Part shown: piece after piece, positions 62,431-64,000 of the stretch
Layout of the letters: the number at the start of each line of letters is the position of its first letter
Position numbering within the stretch: the stretch's first letter is position 1
Notes under the pieces: model-generated
The model's input: only the letters and a program-made list of their open reading frames with translations
Told to the model about the DNA's origin: nothing
Database searches by the model: none
Assembly (NCBI GenBank): GCA_963727485.1
Contig: CAVSGM010000002.1
Coordinates: forward strand, 1,088,001 to 1,152,000
Direction of reading: 5' to 3'
DNA: 64,000 nucleotides
DNA from: an uncultured delta proteobacterium
Lineage (GTDB): Bacteria > Myxococcota > Myxococcia > SLRQ01
Translations under genes and position numbers: made by a program

Positions 62431-64000
62431 ATGCGACAGGTCGTAGGCGGCGAGCTCCTCGCCGCGATGCTCGCCGCCGAAGGGGTCGACACCGTCTTCG
62501 GCATCGTCGACGGAACCTACCTGGGGCTGCTCGCCGGCCTCGAGAAGCACGGGATCCGTCTCATCTCGCCCCGCCACGAGTCGAGCGCCGCCCACATGGC
62601 CGGGGCCTACGCCCGGGTCACCGGGCGCCTCGGGGTGTGCATCGCCTCCAACGGCCCGGGGGTCGCCAACGTCCTCCCCGGGGTCGCCGTCGAGGGCGCC
62701 GAGGGGAATCGGGTGCTGCTGGTCACCAGCCATCGGCGCCACCAGATCGTCGGCCCCGAGCGCGGGGGCACCTACCAGTACTTCGACCAGACCGGCGTGA
62801 CCCGGGCGATGTCGAAGTTCAGCGTCCTGGTCCCCTCCGGCGACCGCCTCGGCGAGCTCGCCCGCAAGGCCTTCCGGGCCTGCTTCCAGGGGCGCCCGGG
62901 GGTGGTCCACCTCGACGTCGCCGAGGACGTCCTCAACGGCACCTTCGAGACCGCCGAGGAGGCGCGCGCGCCGGCGACCTACCGGCGCCTCACCCCGCTC
63001 GCTCCCGCCGCCGCCGACGTCGAGGCCGCCGCGAAGCTCCTCGCCGGCGCCGAGCGTCCCCACGTCCACGCGGGCAGCGGCGTCCTCCACGCCGGGGCCT
63101 ACGACGCCCTGGTCAACCTCGCCGAGGCGCTGGGGGCGGCGGTGACCACCAGCTGGGCCGCCCGGGGCGCCCTCCCCGACCGCCACCCGAACAGCCTCCC
63201 GGTCCCGGCCATGGAGACGGTGAACGAGGCCCGGAAGACCGCCGACGTGGTGGTGGTCCTCGGCTCGCGCCTCGGGGAGACCGACTGGTGGGGCAAGGCG
63301 CCCTACTGGGGCGGCGCCGAGCAGCAGGTGATCCAGGTCGACACCGACGAGGCCATCCTCGGCCTCAACAAGCCGCTGGCCCTGGGCATCACCGCCGACG
63401 TGGGCGCCTTCGCCGAGGCCCTCCTCGAAGCCCTGCCCGCCCACGCGCCCACCGCCGAGGTCGCCGCCGCCCGCAAGGCCCGCCTGGAGCAGCTGGTCGC
63501 CGCCCGGGACAAAGAGCTCGGGGCCTTCGCCATGGCGCTGGAGAACCAGTCGGTGCCCATGCACTCGTCCCGGCCGGTGGCCGCGGCCGACCAGGTCTTC
63601 GACGACGACGCCATCTGGGTGGTCGACGGCGGCAACACCGCGGTGTGGGCCACCTTCTTCCACGACGCCAAGGTCGCCGGCCCGGTGCTCGGCACCTGGA
63701 AGATGGGGATGCTCGGCGCCGGCCTCGGCCAGGCCCTGGGCGCCAAGGCCGCCTTCCCCGATCGCCAGGTGGTCTGCCTCCTCGGCGACGGGGCCATGGG
63801 CTTCCACCCCCAGGAGCTCGAGACCGCGGTTCGCGCCGGCCTCCCGGTGGTGTATGTGGTCCTGGTGGACACCCAGTGGGGCATGGTGAAGCTGACCGAG
63901 CAGCTCGGCCTCCCGGGGATCCGGAAGGCCATGGGCTCGGAGCACCAGGGCACCATCAACGCCGACCTCGGGCCCATCGCCTTCGACGAGCTGGCGCGGA
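62431..64000 (+). CDS. Thiamine-pyrophosphate-dependent enzyme (acetolactate synthase-like), truncated by window end
   Basis: GGAGG RBS; manual translation MRQVVGGELLA..EGVDTVFG, RHESSAAHMA.AYAR, NGPGVAN, GDGAMGF. Confidence 0.88.
   Translation, partial: MRQVVGGELLAAMLAAEGVDTVFGIVDGTYLGLLAGLEKHGIRLISPRHESSAAHMAGAYARVTGRLGVCIASNGPGVANVLPGVAVEGAEGNRVLLVTSHRRHQIVGPERGGTYQYFDQTGVTRAMSKFSVLVPSGDRLGELARKAFRACFQGRPGVVHLDVAEDVLNGTFETAEEARAPATYRRLTPLAPAAADVEAAAKLLAGAERPHVHAGSGVLHAGAYDALVNLAEALGAAVTTSWAARGALPDRHPNSLPVPAMETVNEARKTADVVVVLGSRLGETDWWGKAPYWGGAEQQVIQVDTDEAILGLNKPLALGITADVGAFAEALLEALPAHAPTAEVAAARKARLEQLVAARDKELGAFAMALENQSVPMHSSRPVAAADQVFDDDAIWVVDGGNTAVWATFFHDAKVAGPVLGTWKMGMLGAGLGQALGAKAAFPDRQVVCLLGDGAMGFHPQELETAVRAGLPVVYVVLVDTQWGMVKLTEQLGLPGIRKAMGSEHQGTINADLGPIAFDELAR

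Overview
High-GC bacterial chromosomal window. It is most likely from a Myxococcota/deltaproteobacterial-type organism, inferred from a DUF4388 protein, a myxobacterial-style pilin and many lipoproteins. Scattered single-base indels break otherwise intact genes, as in a long-read assembly. Main blocks: (1) an EF-G2/XPB helicase/helicase-associated operon; (2) tRNA-Phe followed by a ~2.7 kb compositionally different islet (lipoprotein, Zn-ribbon/GYF membrane protein, IS630-like scrap, HEPN-like ORF); (3) a type IV pilin with a long Gly/Ser/Asn repeat tail; (4) a ~17 kb beta-1,3-glucan (laminarin/curdlan-type) utilisation locus with a GPH/MFS transporter, GH1, a GH158/GH2-like TIM barrel fused to a predicted outer-membrane beta-barrel, GH17, GH16, a ROK repressor, two Ig/CBM-like surface lipoproteins and a GH149 phosphorylase. 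Two matching ROK-type operators overlap its promoters, and there is no SusC/SusD or TonB-dependent receptor; (5) an aldehyde dehydrogenase and a RES-Xre toxin-antitoxin pair; (6) a sulfur/chalcogen respiration cluster (Rieske, cytochrome b, 12-heme cytochrome c, PsrABC-like, two YeeE/YedE proteins, one with a Cys-less rhodanese and a C-terminal GGGC arm, and a sigma54 activator); (7) a TetR/diiron/MaoC module, RecQ with large disordered basic tails, and assorted metabolic genes. The most novel-looking candidates are the SusCD-free glucan locus with a hydrolase-porin fusion and the Psr-YeeE-Rieske/cytochrome cluster. All family assignments come from motif recognition, not database searches.
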